Source: the human T2T-CHM13v2.0 reference genome, Homo sapiens. From it: a stretch of DNA of 64,000 bases. The notes under the pieces are model-generated. The model saw only the letters and a program-made list of their open reading frames with translations, did no database searches and was not told where the DNA came from. Location of the stretch: NCBI RefSeq assembly GCF_009914755.1, contig NC_060940.1. One strand, given 5' to 3'. Below are positions 1 to 29,942 of this stretch, in pieces. Every line of letters begins with the position of its first letter. Positions within the stretch are counted from its first letter, which is position 1. The translations under genes were made by a program, and so were the position numbers.

Positions 1-800
1 GTTAACATGCATGCGGAAAATGGGCTTGGAGATTCTTGATTCAAATCCGAGGTATCACACATCGGCCCCCAAAGGTCAAACATTAAGAAGGAAGCTTACT
101 GCCCTGTCCCAGACTTTTCTAGGTGACTTCTTCCTCCGGACTCTGCAGCAGTCTTACTAGTTCTGAAAGCACAAGCGGACCGCACGTCTCAACGCGGGAA
201 AACAGTTCCATCTGCAGGGATGGAGGACCGGGCTAGACAAGCTGGAGTTGGCTCTGCGCCGCAGGGGTGTGCAAGCCCGAGACTGGGGAGCCCGAGGTCA
301 CCCCGGCCGCCCTGGCATCGGGGCTGAGGTGCAAGGCTCCTGGAGGAGCGGTGCGCAGGCCCAGGGGTAGCCGAGGACACAAGCCAAGGCACGAGCGGAC
401 AACCTTACGGGGACGAGTACTAGCGCCTGGACGCGACTTCCCGAGAGGCCAGGCGGAACCCACTGGAAGCGTGAGCTAGCGGGGACCACCCCCGGGCGAA
501 ACCAAAGGAGAAAGAGGGGAACCCAGGGGTCCCGGGGCGCTTAGGCCCGCGCGGACGGGGAGGCCAGAGTTGCCCCGAAGCTATCTCCTTACCTCACCGG
601 CCCCCACGGGCTCCGCGCTCAGCTACAGCCCGGCGGGAGCAATGCGGCAGCCACAACAGTTGCCGGCGGTCGCCGCGGGCCGGAAAGCGGGGTTCGGGGA
701 TGGGAAGGGGGCGGGGCGAAGCGAGCAAAAAGTTCCGGGGAAGCCGAGACCGCGACCTTCCGCGCTTTACGGCCCCCGGGCACGGGTACCGCCGGCGCGT
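1..800 (-). pseudogene. PDPR2P: 5' non-coding exons of a minus-strand gene running off the left edge; probably the PDPR pseudogene
   Basis: Minus-strand donors GAG|GTAAGG (exon ends 593), |GTAAGG (409) and GCA|GTAAGC (100) inside the CpG island. Identity is inferred from the recalled order PDPR2P-NPIPB15-CLEC18B; no coding sequence is in the window. Confidence 0.5.
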
Positions 801-1270
801 GACCTCAGCCGCGCCCGAGCGCGCCGTGACGCCCTCGCGGAGCCCCGCCCCTGCCACGTGGGCTTGTTTGGGTCTCGCGAGGCACCGCCCCCGCGGCCTC
901 TTTGCCACCCTCAGAGGCGAGCTGTGGAAGCCTTGACTCTTAGGGCCGTTTTAGAACCCGGGCCTCGGACCGGCGGGGTTTCTGCACGTGGAACCGGAAC
1001 ATCTGAGATGATCGCAGGCCCTGTGGAGTGTGGGGAGCGCGGGGGTTCTTTCTTCCCTCGAGGCCCGTGCCAGGGCTTACTCCAAAGCCAGTGGGTCCCC
1101 AGTCCTAAGCCAAGCAGTCCCGGGGGAAAACGCTTCTCATCGCCGTGGGAGCGCGGATCTTGGAAGTGGCTCTGGGCTTTCTTGGGCGAGGCTCTCACAG
1201 AGTAGATCGGAAATCCATTCTGCTGGCCCGCCCCACCTCGGAGGACGGACTAACGGACCTGAGTTCCCGG
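150..1270. promoter_or_regulatory. CpG island / housekeeping-type, probably bidirectional promoter
   Basis: Very high GC and CpG density. GC box CCCCGCCC 843-850, E-boxes CACGTG 855-860 and 985-990, TCTCGCGAG (BANP/ZBTB33-type) 873-881, ETS-like CCGGAA near 680. Confidence 0.85.
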
Positions 1271-2384
1271 CCCTATCTTACTCTTCTCAGCTTCTCAGCT
1301 TGGCTCAGCTCAGAGGAAGAGGAATCACTGAAGTCTCAGAGAAGTCTCCACTCATCCCTTCCTCACCGTCACATCAGCCTTTTCTTTCCTTCTAGAAGTC
1401 ATCACTGACTCAAGGATATAAGTTTGATGACTGTCTTTTCCACTGGTGTGACACGATCTCTGTCGACAGAACCTTAGTCTTATGCATAGCTTTATTCTCA
1501 GCACCCAGAACAGTGCCTGGCACCTCTTCCACTGAATATTATATGCATAAGGGTCTCATGCTGCAGCCACCATTGCATCTTGGGCCACACTATCCAGTTC
1601 CCGTTTGTTGGATTCAATACTGTCTCACCACACAAACCAATCTTGTGTTTTATTAATTAAAAAAAATTTTTTTTTTTTTTGTAGAGATAGGCTCACTATG
1701 TTGCCCAGGCTGGGCCTGAACTCCTGGCTTCAAGTGATCCTTCCATCTCAGCCTCCCAAAGTCCTGGGATTACAGGCGTGAGCCACTGTGCCTGCCCCAA
1801 TCTTGTGTTTTATTGCTGGCCACCTGTAGCCAGGCACTGTGCAGGATGATGGGATCCAGCAGTGTACAAGAAAGAGGCGGTTTCTGCTCTTAGGGAGTGG
1901 CAGTCAAGTTCCAGGGACCCCTCTGTCACAAGGCCAGGCCACAGCCTACATAGTTTATACCCCATTTACTGGCCAGTCAAATCACACAAAGACAGCCCAG
2001 ATGAGGTCTGCCAGACAGTGGACTGAAACTATGCCATAGGCTCCTGTGCTAGATAAATACTTCCATATTTTAGCTAGGATTGAATGCTTGGGGACACCTA
2101 CCTGTCTAAAAAAAGAGAAAACGGCTGACCAATTTGAGACATTCTCGGGGAAGGCTTTCCTGATGCCCAGATGTGGCAATTTCATGAAAAATATCACAGG
2201 TTTTCCTCATGAACCATTTGGTTCAAGCCATTTCCAGGCACATGAATTTGGGAGAAACCTGGTTGTCTGCAGGAGATGGTGGATGAAATCAAGTGAAATA
2301 CTTAATGTGTTGATTTCATTCTGTTTACGTGCAGTAAATAGCAAACAAATGGTATAGATCTGTCCCTGATTTCCTTCTCCATCA

Positions 2385-2697
<313 letters not shown>

Positions 2698-2793
2698 TCA
2701 AAAAAAAAAAAAAAAAAAAAAGGAAGGAAGTCCTAAGGCCCCTTTCATTGTCAAAGATGGGTCTTGTCCTTAGTAGGTTCTCATAACCACTGA

Positions 2794-3062
<269 letters not shown>

Positions 3063-3065
3063 TGA

Positions 3066-3423
<358 letters not shown>

Positions 3424-3589
3424 TAAACAGACGTTTTAATTACGCTTGTCAAGTCCTCTTGTGAAATATTCATCTGCAGTGACTTGGTAAATGTGTTTGC
3501 TACCACACAGGATAAACAGTGTACAGACAAACATTTGACATACCTATGTTACCACAGTGTAAGAATGAATTTGGATCTGAGGTCGCTAA

Positions 3590-4206
<617 letters not shown>

Positions 4207-4312
4207 TGAGTAGCTGGGATTACAGGCGTGTGCCACCACACCCAGCTAAATTTTGTATTTTTAATAGAGATGGGGTTTCACTATGTTGGCCAGGATGGTC
4301 TCGATCTCCTGA

Positions 4313-4627
<315 letters not shown>

Positions 4628-5198
4628 TGATCTGCCTGCCTCAGCCTCCCAAAGTGCTGGGATTACAGGCGTGGGCCGCGGCACCCGGCCCAGGAACTTC
4701 TCTTATATCTAGAAGCCACCGGATGTTAACTAAGAGTCCTGGGAAGAAATGGTAGTCATTTAAAGCTTTTTTAAGAGGGAAGACTTGCACTGGGTCTTAA
4801 TGAAAATACATAGGACAAAATTTTTCCTTCTGTATCAGCTCACGTAATCTTTCTGGCAATCTCATGAAGTAAATTTTAGCAGATAGAGTAGACACAGATG
4901 TAACATGACTTTTCCAAGATCACACACCTAGGAGGAAGGACCAGAAATGGAGCTCTTCCCATGTTGAATATCTGAATCTAATGATCTTTGCACTATGCCA
5001 TAGGACAGGTGGCCAGGAAAGCATCTGAGACTGGGTGATGTAAGGGCTGGATACAGAGACAGAAAAAAGCAGGCAGTGTAACAGGAAGGAACGCAGCTAG
5101 CTATGGTAGATGGGATGTTGTTTTCAATTCCTCATTCCCTATTGCCATGTGACCTTGCAGTGCACGAAATGGGGGGAGTAGGATTCCTGTCCCACTGA

Positions 5199-5464
<266 letters not shown>

Positions 5465-5699
5465 TGATCCGCCCGCCTTGGCCTCCCAACGTGCTGGGAT
5501 TACAGGCGTGAGCCATTGCACCTGGCCAACCAAACTTATTTTTTAAGGTGGGTAGAAGCCATAGTGTACAGATCTGGAGATTGGCCTTAAGAGGTGTTGA
5601 GCATGTCATCAGCCCTTGTCACAAGTTTATGCCCTGAGTAGCTGTTGGATCATGGAAAGTGAAAGGCACTTGAAACAGACCTGAACTCAGCCTGAAGCC

Positions 5700-5808
5700 A
5701 AGCCTGCTGACCCTCAGCCTGAAACAAAGCTGTCCAAGCCTGCTGACCCTCAGTTTGAAACAAAGCTGTCCAAGCCTGCTGACTCTCAGTTTGAAACACA
5801 GCTGTCCA
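5700..5808 (+). repeat. 36-bp tandem repeat x3, within a probable MaLR (MLT1) remnant
   Basis: AAGCCTGCTGACCCTCAG(C/T)(C/T)TGAAACAAAGCTGTCC repeated three times with few mismatches. Confidence 0.8.
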
Positions 5809-6336
5809 GCTAGACCATAGTCACCTACAGTCTCATGAGCATGGCACTGAATGCTTTGTTGTAAGGCACTGAGTTTTGGGCTGGTTTACTAGGTAGCCTT
5901 TTTTGCAGCTCAAATAAAGGCTGTCTGATAGTGCAATTATATAAGAATGGTGAAATCAGGGCCTACGCCTTCTTAAGGAAATCTTCACTCACTGCAGTCT
6001 TGCAAGTCAATGGTCTTATTCTGCTTATCCAACTAATTCTGGAGCAGCTACATCTGGGAACCCCGTAGGCTCACGTCTACAACAGTGTCTTCATCCTGTC
6101 TTCTCAATCAGCCCCTTCTATTTCCAGTTCCAGGAATGGCCAACCACACCAGAAACCTGGGACTCACCTGGTCTCCCCACTCGCCTCTCCCTCCACCTCC
6201 TGCTCATCACCCAGCCTCAAAGGGTCTGTCTCCTCAGTGCCTCTCCTCTGTTCGGACCTCTCTGTCCCTACCACCGCTGCTGTGGTTGAGAGGGTTGTCA
6301 GCCCTGACTTCGAGAACAATCTTTTTTTTTTTTTGA

Positions 6337-6444
<108 letters not shown>

Positions 6445-6818
6445 TAGCTGGGATTACAGGCATGCACCACCATGCCCCGCTAATTTTTGTATGTTTAGTA
6501 GAGACTGGGTTTCACCATATTGGTCAGGCTGGTCTCGAACTCCAAACCTTGTGATCCGCCCGCCTCTGAGATCAGAACTGAGATCACGCCACTGCATTCC
6601 AACCTGGGCAACAAGAGCTAACTCTGTCTCAAAAAAAAAAAAAAAAAGTTTTTAAAGACAGGGTCTCGCTATGTTGCCCATGCTGGTCTTGAATTCCTGG
6701 GGTCAAGTGATGCTTCTGCTTTAGCCTCCCAAGGAGCTGGAATCATGGGTGCCCACCACCATGCTCGGCTACTATTTTCTTCAAAATTCAAATATTCTAG
6801 CTTAACAGTACATATTAG

Positions 6819-7049
<231 letters not shown>

Positions 7050-8009
7050 TAGTTTTAGTAGAGACGGGGTTTCACCGTGTTAGCCAGGATGGTCTCGATC
7101 TCCTGACCTCGTGATCCACCCGCCTCGGCCTCCCAAAGTGCTGGGATTACAGGCTTGAGCCGCGGCACCCGGCCCAGGAACTTCTCTTATATCTAGAAGC
7201 CAGGCTTGGTGACTCTACTTGCTCACCAGATGATCCTACACCTGCCACCTCCGATGGATCCACTGCCTCTGTGCCTGCCTGTACTGCTGATGCTCCAGTG
7301 GATAACTCAGCATCCCAGCCTAGGCCCAATGCCACTGAAGATGGACCTGCCCCCTGGAGACCCAGGAGTTCTACCACTCAGCTGTCCCCAGAAGTGCCCA
7401 GACCCTCATTCTTATCCAGGACCTAGGAGCCCTACCCCCTGGCCTTCCGTCATCAGCCGTAAATGATGATTTACTGCTGTTACCATCATCACTGCATTTA
7501 GTGACCAAGGGCCTTCCAAGGTGCCAGCTCTGGAACGAAGGATGCCCTTGGGAGGTGATGACACTCAGGTACACGGGTGCTCAACAGATTGCTTCCTCCT
7601 ATCCTCAGATGGTCTTTGCATGCATGCAGCCATTGGCACTCCCATTGTACGCAAGGAAACCAGCCCAGGGTCACACAGCTGGTCAGCAGCAACACAGCTG
7701 GTCTCAAATCTAAGGTGCCTGGCCATGCCTCCATGAGGGACCGCCTGCAAGGGAGGTTGATCCTGGCTTTGGGGAGCCTTTCCTGGGCTGCACGAGTAAC
7801 CTCCAATGTTTGAGGCCCCAAACTCTGCTCACATCTTCCTTTCCCTGTCTCTGCTTGGGCTATGATCACGGTGACTCTAGCAACCCTTCATGGACATTAT
7901 AGTACTCTCTGCCATTCACTTTTGGTCTAATCTGACTTCAACCCCCACTTACTTGGTCTCTCCTTTTACAACCAACACAACCGAAATCCGAGGGCTTCTT
8001 TTTTTTTGA

Positions 8010-8273
<264 letters not shown>

Positions 8274-8377
8274 TGAGCCACCATGCCCAGCCAAATCTAG
8301 GGCTGGAACATGGCTGCAGCATATAAATAGAATTGAATTCCATAGTTTTGTTAACCCTGTTTTTTGTTTGTTTGTAG

Positions 8378-8536
<159 letters not shown>

Positions 8537-9399
8537 TAATTTTTGTATTTTATTAGAGACAGGGTTTCACCATATTGGCCAGGCTGGTCTGGAACTCCTG
8601 ACCTTGTGATCCACCCACCTCGGCCTCCCAAAGTGCTGGGATTACAGGCGTGAGCCACCACACCCAGCCCCTGTTTTGTTTTTGTTTTGCTTGTTTCTTA
8701 GGGTTGTTTTTCTATTTATGGTAAAGGCATTGGCTTTCCATTTGTAGCATCAATAGAATATTTCCTGTTTACAATAACCTTATGTCATAGTAAATGGTAA
8801 AGGGATTTAAAGCAGTGGTTTTCAGCTGCCAGAGGCCTGAGTGAGTTTGGGCACACTCTGTGTGATCGGGCAGAAGGCCTGTGGGAAGTTTAGCTGAGGA
8901 CAGGGCCAGGAAAGGTGATGGACAGTGGGGGTCTGTCCTGGTCACCAGACCCCTGGGTCCTGCCCACCTGCTTGGAGCTCCCCACCCATCACACATGATG
9001 CTGCCAAGCCCTCTGGGTATTGTGGGCAAATACCTTAGGAGAGAAGCTGATGAACTTTGTTTCTTGAAATGCACAGATTCCTTGGACGTCCCTGAGAGGT
9101 CAATGATGAAGGTCAACTTGGTTTTCTCCCCCTCATTTGGGTTCAGAATTTAAAGTCCACACACACAGGCAGTAAGATGATTATAGATAAGGACATCATC
9201 ACTCGGTTTCAGATGTTAAAATGTCTAGGTGGGTTAGGGGTGATTTGAGATCACACAACCTTGTGCCACAAAGAGGAATTCCCAGGCCAGAGGGAGACAT
9301 TTTATTGCCATGTTATGATCTCATCATTGAGTTGAAAGGCAATCTTGTTTCATTTTGGATTCTTTCTTATGTTTATGTCTTATAAGGGCACTTTGAATT

Positions 9400-9590
9400 T
9401 CCAAGCAAATAATAATTTTGAATTAGCTTTTAATCATTGACTTCTAGCACAGTTATATGATCAGAAACATGCTGTGTGATTTGATTGCTCTCAAATATAT
9501 TGAGATTTGCTGGAACAAAATAAGTCAGGTTAATTTTTGTAAATGTACCATGCATGCTTAAAATGAATGTATCTACATTTGTTCCTGAGA
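9400..9590 (-). mobile_element. Old L1 ORF2 endonuclease remnant
   Basis: Translation ...MHGTFTKIN...HVSDHITVLEVN resembles L1 EN HGTFSKIDH...FSDHNGIKLEIN. Confidence 0.6.
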
Positions 9591-9664
9591 TACAGGTTGA
9601 TGGACGGATGGCTACATGGATGTGATGGAGATGGTTTACTATCGGGACCTTCCGCATCCTGCTG

Positions 9665-9727
9665 ATGTTTTGTTGCTTAGGATATGAATGGCTGAGCGGA
9701 GGCTGTAAAACCTGGCACTCTGCTTGG
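9665..9727 (+). CDS. NPIPB15: Alternative NPIP first coding exon ([26 protein letters not shown]-type N-terminus)
   Basis: ATG at 9665, 21 codons, donor TGG|GTATGA. Phase 0, compatible with the exon at 14020. Candidate acceptor CAG| at 9593-9595. Confidence 0.7.
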
Positions 9728-10003
9728 GTATGAGGTTCTTCCTGCCATCCTGCCATCATTTGTTTTTTATGTTTTGTCGCCAAAAGTGACCTTGAGGAAC
9801 CCTGGGAGCTCAGGAAGGAAGGAGAGCCCAGAAGCAGGGACAGGGAGCTGGTTGGGGAGGACCAGAAATCAGGTTTGTGAAGGTTCCAGAGAGGACCTGT
9901 CCTTGCGAGGAGTGTGGGAGACTGAGATGGGGGAGGGGTCATTGGAATGATGCGGGCGCTACTTGGCATTGTCCATTGTGAGGCACCACCGGGGTCATCA
10001 GGG

Positions 10004-10025
10004 ATTGGTGGAGAGGGAGTATAAA
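10004..10025 (+). promoter_or_regulatory. Candidate core promoter (reverse CCAAT plus TATAAA) upstream of NPIP exon 1
   Basis: ATTGG 10004-10008 and TATAAA 10020-10025, about 460 bp upstream of ATG 10484. Confidence 0.35.
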
Positions 10026-10227
10026 GCCCCAGGGTTGCTAAGGGAGGGCCCAGACCGAAGAAGGTTTGGTGGATAGCAGAACCTTTTTGTCTCCCTCTAA
10101 TTGCTCCTAAGCCTCACGCTCCCTTGCCCCACGTGTCCTGTTGCTTCCCTGATCTTCTCCGTGACCTGTAGCTAAACCTTCCACCAGCGCTTGAGAACTT
10201 AATTTGAACCGGATCCTTTCCCAGACC

Positions 10228-10445
10228 CCTTTCTTCTTCTCCTCCTCCTCCTCCACCTCCTCCAGGTGCCCAACAGCCCCCTTCTCCTCCTTTCCCTTCC
10301 CTTACTTCCCCCCTTCCCCTCCCCTTCCCCTCCCCCTCCCCTCCCCCTCCCCCTCCCCTCCCCCTCCCCTCCCCCTCCCCAACTTAGATCCAGCCCCGGT
10401 CCCCGTCCCCTTCCCTCCCCCCTGCCCTAAGCCACCTCCACCTCT
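10228..10445. repeat. Polypyrimidine (CCCCT)n low-complexity tract
   Basis: Almost pure C/T, with CCCCT/CCCCCT units at 10311-10380. Confidence 0.9.
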
Positions 10446-10483
10446 GTCCTGGCCGCCTCAGGGCGCCCTGAAAGGACCAGGAC

Positions 10484-24556
<14,073 letters not shown>

Positions 24557-24561
24557 CGAAG

Positions 24562-24567
24562 AATAAA
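24562..24567 (+). terminator. Poly(A) signal of the NPIP gene
   Basis: AATAAA 5 nt after the stop codon, with further AATAAA copies and a GT-rich downstream tract. Confidence 0.65.
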
Positions 24568-25105
24568 TAAATAATATAAAAATAAAATAAATACTGCAGT
24601 CCTTATGTTATTGCTTTGTTTCAATATCTGGTATGATTGCCTGAGGGACCTGAGGTTTTTAATTAATTGTAGGGTTTTTTTTTAATCTTTAGAAGTGGTT
24701 GGTTATGTAAAATATTATTATTATTATTATTTTTTTTTTGAGACTGGGTTTTGCTCTGTCACCCAGGCTGGAGTGCAGTGGCTCGATCACAGCTCACTGC
24801 AGCCTCAACCTCCTGGGCTTCAAGCAATCCTCCTGCCTCAGCCTCCCAAGTAGCTGGGATCACAGATGTGTGCCACCACGCCTGGCCAATGTTAAAAAAT
24901 CCTTTAACTTTTTTGTAGAGATGCACTCCTGGACTCAAGCGATCCTCCTACTGGTCCCGACCACCAGCCTCTTTCCGATAAACATTTACACTGTTTATTA
25001 TCTGATGCCATTTCTATCTTCTTCCTTGTCGTCCAGACATCAAAGAATTAGGTTTCTTCAGGGTTTTCTTTTTCAAGTCCTCATTGTTAAAGATCACTCA
25101 CATTA

Positions 25106-25489
<384 letters not shown>

Positions 25490-25557
25490 TCATCTGGCTA
25501 TGCCAGGATGCCCAGGGGATACTCGGGGTGGGTGGCATGGTGCTGCTGGGGACTCAC

Positions 25558-25664
25558 CGCACAGGACGCTCTGATTGACGCACTGCCAGGAGTAGCGCTC
25601 TGTCTTGGGGCTGCAGCCGGCCTCCTCAGCTCGAGTGTAACAACAGTCGTGGCCATGGCAGCAC
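25558..25664 (-). pseudogene. Orphan duplicated exon of group X secreted phospholipase A2 (PLA2G10 pseudogene fragment)
   Basis: 107-nt exon CAG|G...G|GTGAGT encoding CCHGHDCCYTRAEEAGCSPKTERYSWQCVNQSVLC, with the sPLA2 CCxxHDxC catalytic motif. No other PLA2G10 exon was recognised in the window. Confidence 0.88.
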
Positions 25665-25774
25665 CTGCGGATGTCACATGGGCAGGACAGCAGGTGGGTG
25701 AAGCTCTCTCCTGGCCCTCCTCTGCTGCCAGGACCATGGGTGACTGAAGACCCCCAGGGAGGCACAGCATCCTC

Positions 25775-25814
<40 letters not shown>

Positions 25815-26861
25815 AGAGACAGACAGGGTCTTTCTCTGTCGCCCAGGCTGGAGTGCAGAGGCACAATCATAGCTCACGGCAGCCTTGAACTCCTGGGCTC
25901 AAGCGATCCTCCCACTTCAGTGTCCCAAGTAGCTGAGACTACAGGCACATGCCAGCATGCCCGGCTGGTTTTTTAATTTGTATTTCCTTTCAGACAGCGT
26001 ATCTCTCTGTCGCTCAGGCTGGAGTGCAATGGCTCAATCAGCTCACTTTAGCCTTGAACTCCCGGGCTCAAGTGATACTGCCACCTCAACCTCCCAAGTA
26101 TGCTACTACAGGAACACAAACTCCTTTTTTAAATTTTTTGTGGATATGGGGTCTCACTATGTTGCCTAGGCTGGTCTCGAACTCCCAGGCTCAAGCAGTC
26201 CTCCTACCTCAGCCTCCCCAAATGCTGGGATTACAGGTGGGAGCTACTGTACGCCTGGCCTTATCTAAGCTGTTTCCCTGAAAATGCCCGTCTTGGGTAA
26301 TGATTCCATTGGCCCCACCATGCCCTGTCCTGCCTTCCTGGCTGTGCCCAAGCTTGGTCCCTGCCTGCCTGCCTGCCTGCCTCACTCTCTCTCTGGGTCT
26401 CGAGCTCCTGTGACACGTGACTCCTCTCTCTTCCTGGAGTGATCCAAGCCCTGCCACTTCCTGACTTTGCCCACACTGTACCCTCTGCCTGGGGCAACTT
26501 CATGTCTGCCCATTGTCCCTTAGGCCTCAGCCCAGGCACAAGCCCCTGCCTGCGGAGGTCATCCAGGCCTCACCAGGCTACACCCTCTCGTAAAATTGGA
26601 TTCCCTCCCTTCAGGGCAGGTTTATAATGAAACCCTCCTCAGAGGCCAGCTGCGGTGACACCCATCTGTAATCCCAGCACTTTGGGAGGCTGAGGTGGGA
26701 GGATCACTTGAGGCCAGGGGGTCGAGACCAGCCTGGGCAACATAAGAGAGACTCTTGTCTCTCCTGTCTCTATAACAAATTTAAAAATTAGCTCCCCAGG
26801 CCAGGCTCAGTGGCTCCTGCCTGTAATCCCAACACTTTGAGAGGCCGAGGCAGGTGGATCA

Positions 26862-27133
<272 letters not shown>

Positions 27134-27395
27134 CTAGCTACTTGGGAGGCTGAGGTGGGAGGATTCCCTTCAGCCCAGGAGTTTGAGGCTGCAGTGAGCC
27201 ACTATGATTGTGCCACTGCACTCTAACCTGGGCAAAAGCGAGACCCCAGGCCAGAGTGCATGATTTTGGGTCACTGCCACCTCCACCTCCCAGGTTCGAG
27301 TGATTCTCCTGCCTCAGCTTCTTGAGTAGCTGGGACTACAGGCATGTGCCACCACGCCTGGGTAATTTTTGTATTTTTAGTAGAGACAGGGTTTA

Positions 27396-27641
<246 letters not shown>

Positions 27642-28391
27642 TCACAGCCTTCGAGCTAGGGGAGAGGCGGCCGAATTCTGCCCTCTGCTGACGAGCTATA
27701 GCTTTGTGGAGATGGGTGAGTGGCATGCCCTTGTGAGCCTCAGGGCCCCATCTGTAAAATGGGCCTAACTGTCATGCCCGTCTTTAAGAACAGCCTTGGG
27801 GGTAAATGAGTGGAAGTCATGGAAAGATCTCAGCCCACAACCTTCCACAGAACAGGCGCTTCTCACACAGGAAGTAGGAGGAGTGCAGAGGCTGCAGGCA
27901 TGAATCCAGCCAGACTGCCTGGGTTCAAGTCCCAGCTCCCACGTCTTGGTAACTAAGTGGCCTCAGACAAGTTACTTAGTATTTCTTTTTTCTTTTTTTT
28001 TTTTTCTCAGACAGAGTTTTGCTCTGTCACCCAGGCTGGAGTGCAGTGGTGTGATCTCCGCTCACTGCAACCTCCGCCTCCCGGGTTCAAGCAATTCTGC
28101 CTCAGCTTCCTGAGAAGCTAGAATTACAGGCACCTGTCACCACGCCCAGCTAATTTTTGTATTTTTAGTAGAGACGGGGTTTCACCATGTTGGCCAGGAT
28201 GGTCTCGAACTCCTGACCTCGTGATCTGCCTGCCTCAGCCTCCCGAAGTACTGGGATTACAGGCGTGAGCCACCGCACCTGGACACGTTACTGAATATTT
28301 CTGTGCCTTGGTTTCTTCATCTGTGAAATGGGATTGTTGTGAGAACACAACGGGATTCCCAGGGCAGTTCCTAGTGCATAGTCTGGCTGCC

Positions 28392-28393
<2 letters not shown>

Positions 28394-28430
<37 letters not shown>
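28394..28430. repeat. (TG)n microsatellite
   Basis: About 18 TG units. Confidence 0.95.
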
Positions 28431-28432
<2 letters not shown>

Positions 28433-28439
28433 AATATAG

Positions 28440-29170
28440 AGACACTCTATCACCCTCCTGTCTCCACCACATCTCAGATGGGAAGGGAGAGTGTCCTGGA
28501 TTAGCCGCAGGCCAAGCATGGGTCATCCCTTCATCTGCATAGGGCGCCAGTTCACATTAGCCTTTTATGAGCCACAGACCAAATCCTTCATCCAGATAAG
28601 GGGTAGCCAATAGAACCTCAAAAGCAGTACTTAAAACCCAGGAGGCTGGGTGCCATGGCTCGTGCCTGTAATCCCAGCACTTTGGGAGGCCGAGGTGGGC
28701 CGATTAACGAGGTCGGGAGTTCAAGACCAGCCTGTCCAACATGGTGAAACCCCATCTCTACAAAAAATATGAAAATTAGCCGGGCATGGTGGGTGCTTAC
28801 CTGTAATCCCAGCTACTTGGGAGGCTGAGGCCAGAGAATCACTTGAACTCAGGAGGCGGAGATTGCAGTGAGCCAAGATCATGCCACTGCGCTCCAGCCT
28901 GGGTAAGAGACTTCTCAAAAATAATAATAATAAAAAAAATAAAATACAAAAACTAACAAAACACCTAGGAAACTTTGTAACCAGGCTCTTGAGCCGCTTG
29001 CTTAGGCCCACTCCCGCCCTGCAGAGTGCTTTATCTGTTTCATAAATTCCTGCTTTCACTGCTTCCTTCCCATGTCTCATTGCTATGCTACTTTGTGGAT
29101 TTTGTTCAATTCTTTGTTCAAAATGCCAAGGACCTGGACGGCTCACACTCACAGCCCTGCTTCCCGGAAC
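28440..29170 (+). mobile_element. ERV1 (MER4-group-like) LTR interrupted by an Alu at ~28645-28960
   Basis: CCAAT...TTAAAA U3, and U5 TTTTGTTCAATTCTTTGTTCAAAATGCCAAGGACCTGGAC ending ...ACA. Degenerate TSD AAAACCCAGGA / AAACACCTAGGA around the Alu. Confidence 0.6.
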
Positions 29171-29633
29171 AGGCCTGGCTGAGTTCCAGCTGTGCAGTGA
29201 AGCCCAACTGTGGGAGGCGGGTGACCCTGGACTCCCTCTCATGATCTGGACAGAGATGGGGTCTGGGGGTACACCTGGTCTCAGACCAGCCCCAGATTCT
29301 TTTGTGACCTGAAGGCAGCTGGCTGGTCATTGGAACTGGCAGAGTCCCTCCAACGATTGGGGAGGGAGCCTCTGAAGCAATCTTTAGAGTGACATCTGGG
29401 ACACAGTGAGGAACCCCCTGGCTGCTGAACGAGGGGTGTCTGTGAGCCAGGACCACTGGGCACCAAGGGCCTGAATCCAGGCTCCTCTGCCCCAGGACTC
29501 GTGGTATGCTGTGACTGCAGGGACAGGCAGGACCCCATCCCCTTCTCCCCAAATGCAGTCACACCCAGACGGGCCCACTTGCAAGGGTCCTGCGCTTCAT
29601 TTATGCTCTGCTGTCCTCATCTTGAAATTTTTA

Positions 29634-29942
<309 letters not shown>

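Noticed and set aside
570-1205. 211-aa plus-strand ORF in the first CpG island
   Set aside because: TTG start, R/P/G-rich, expected by chance in stop-poor GC-rich DNA.
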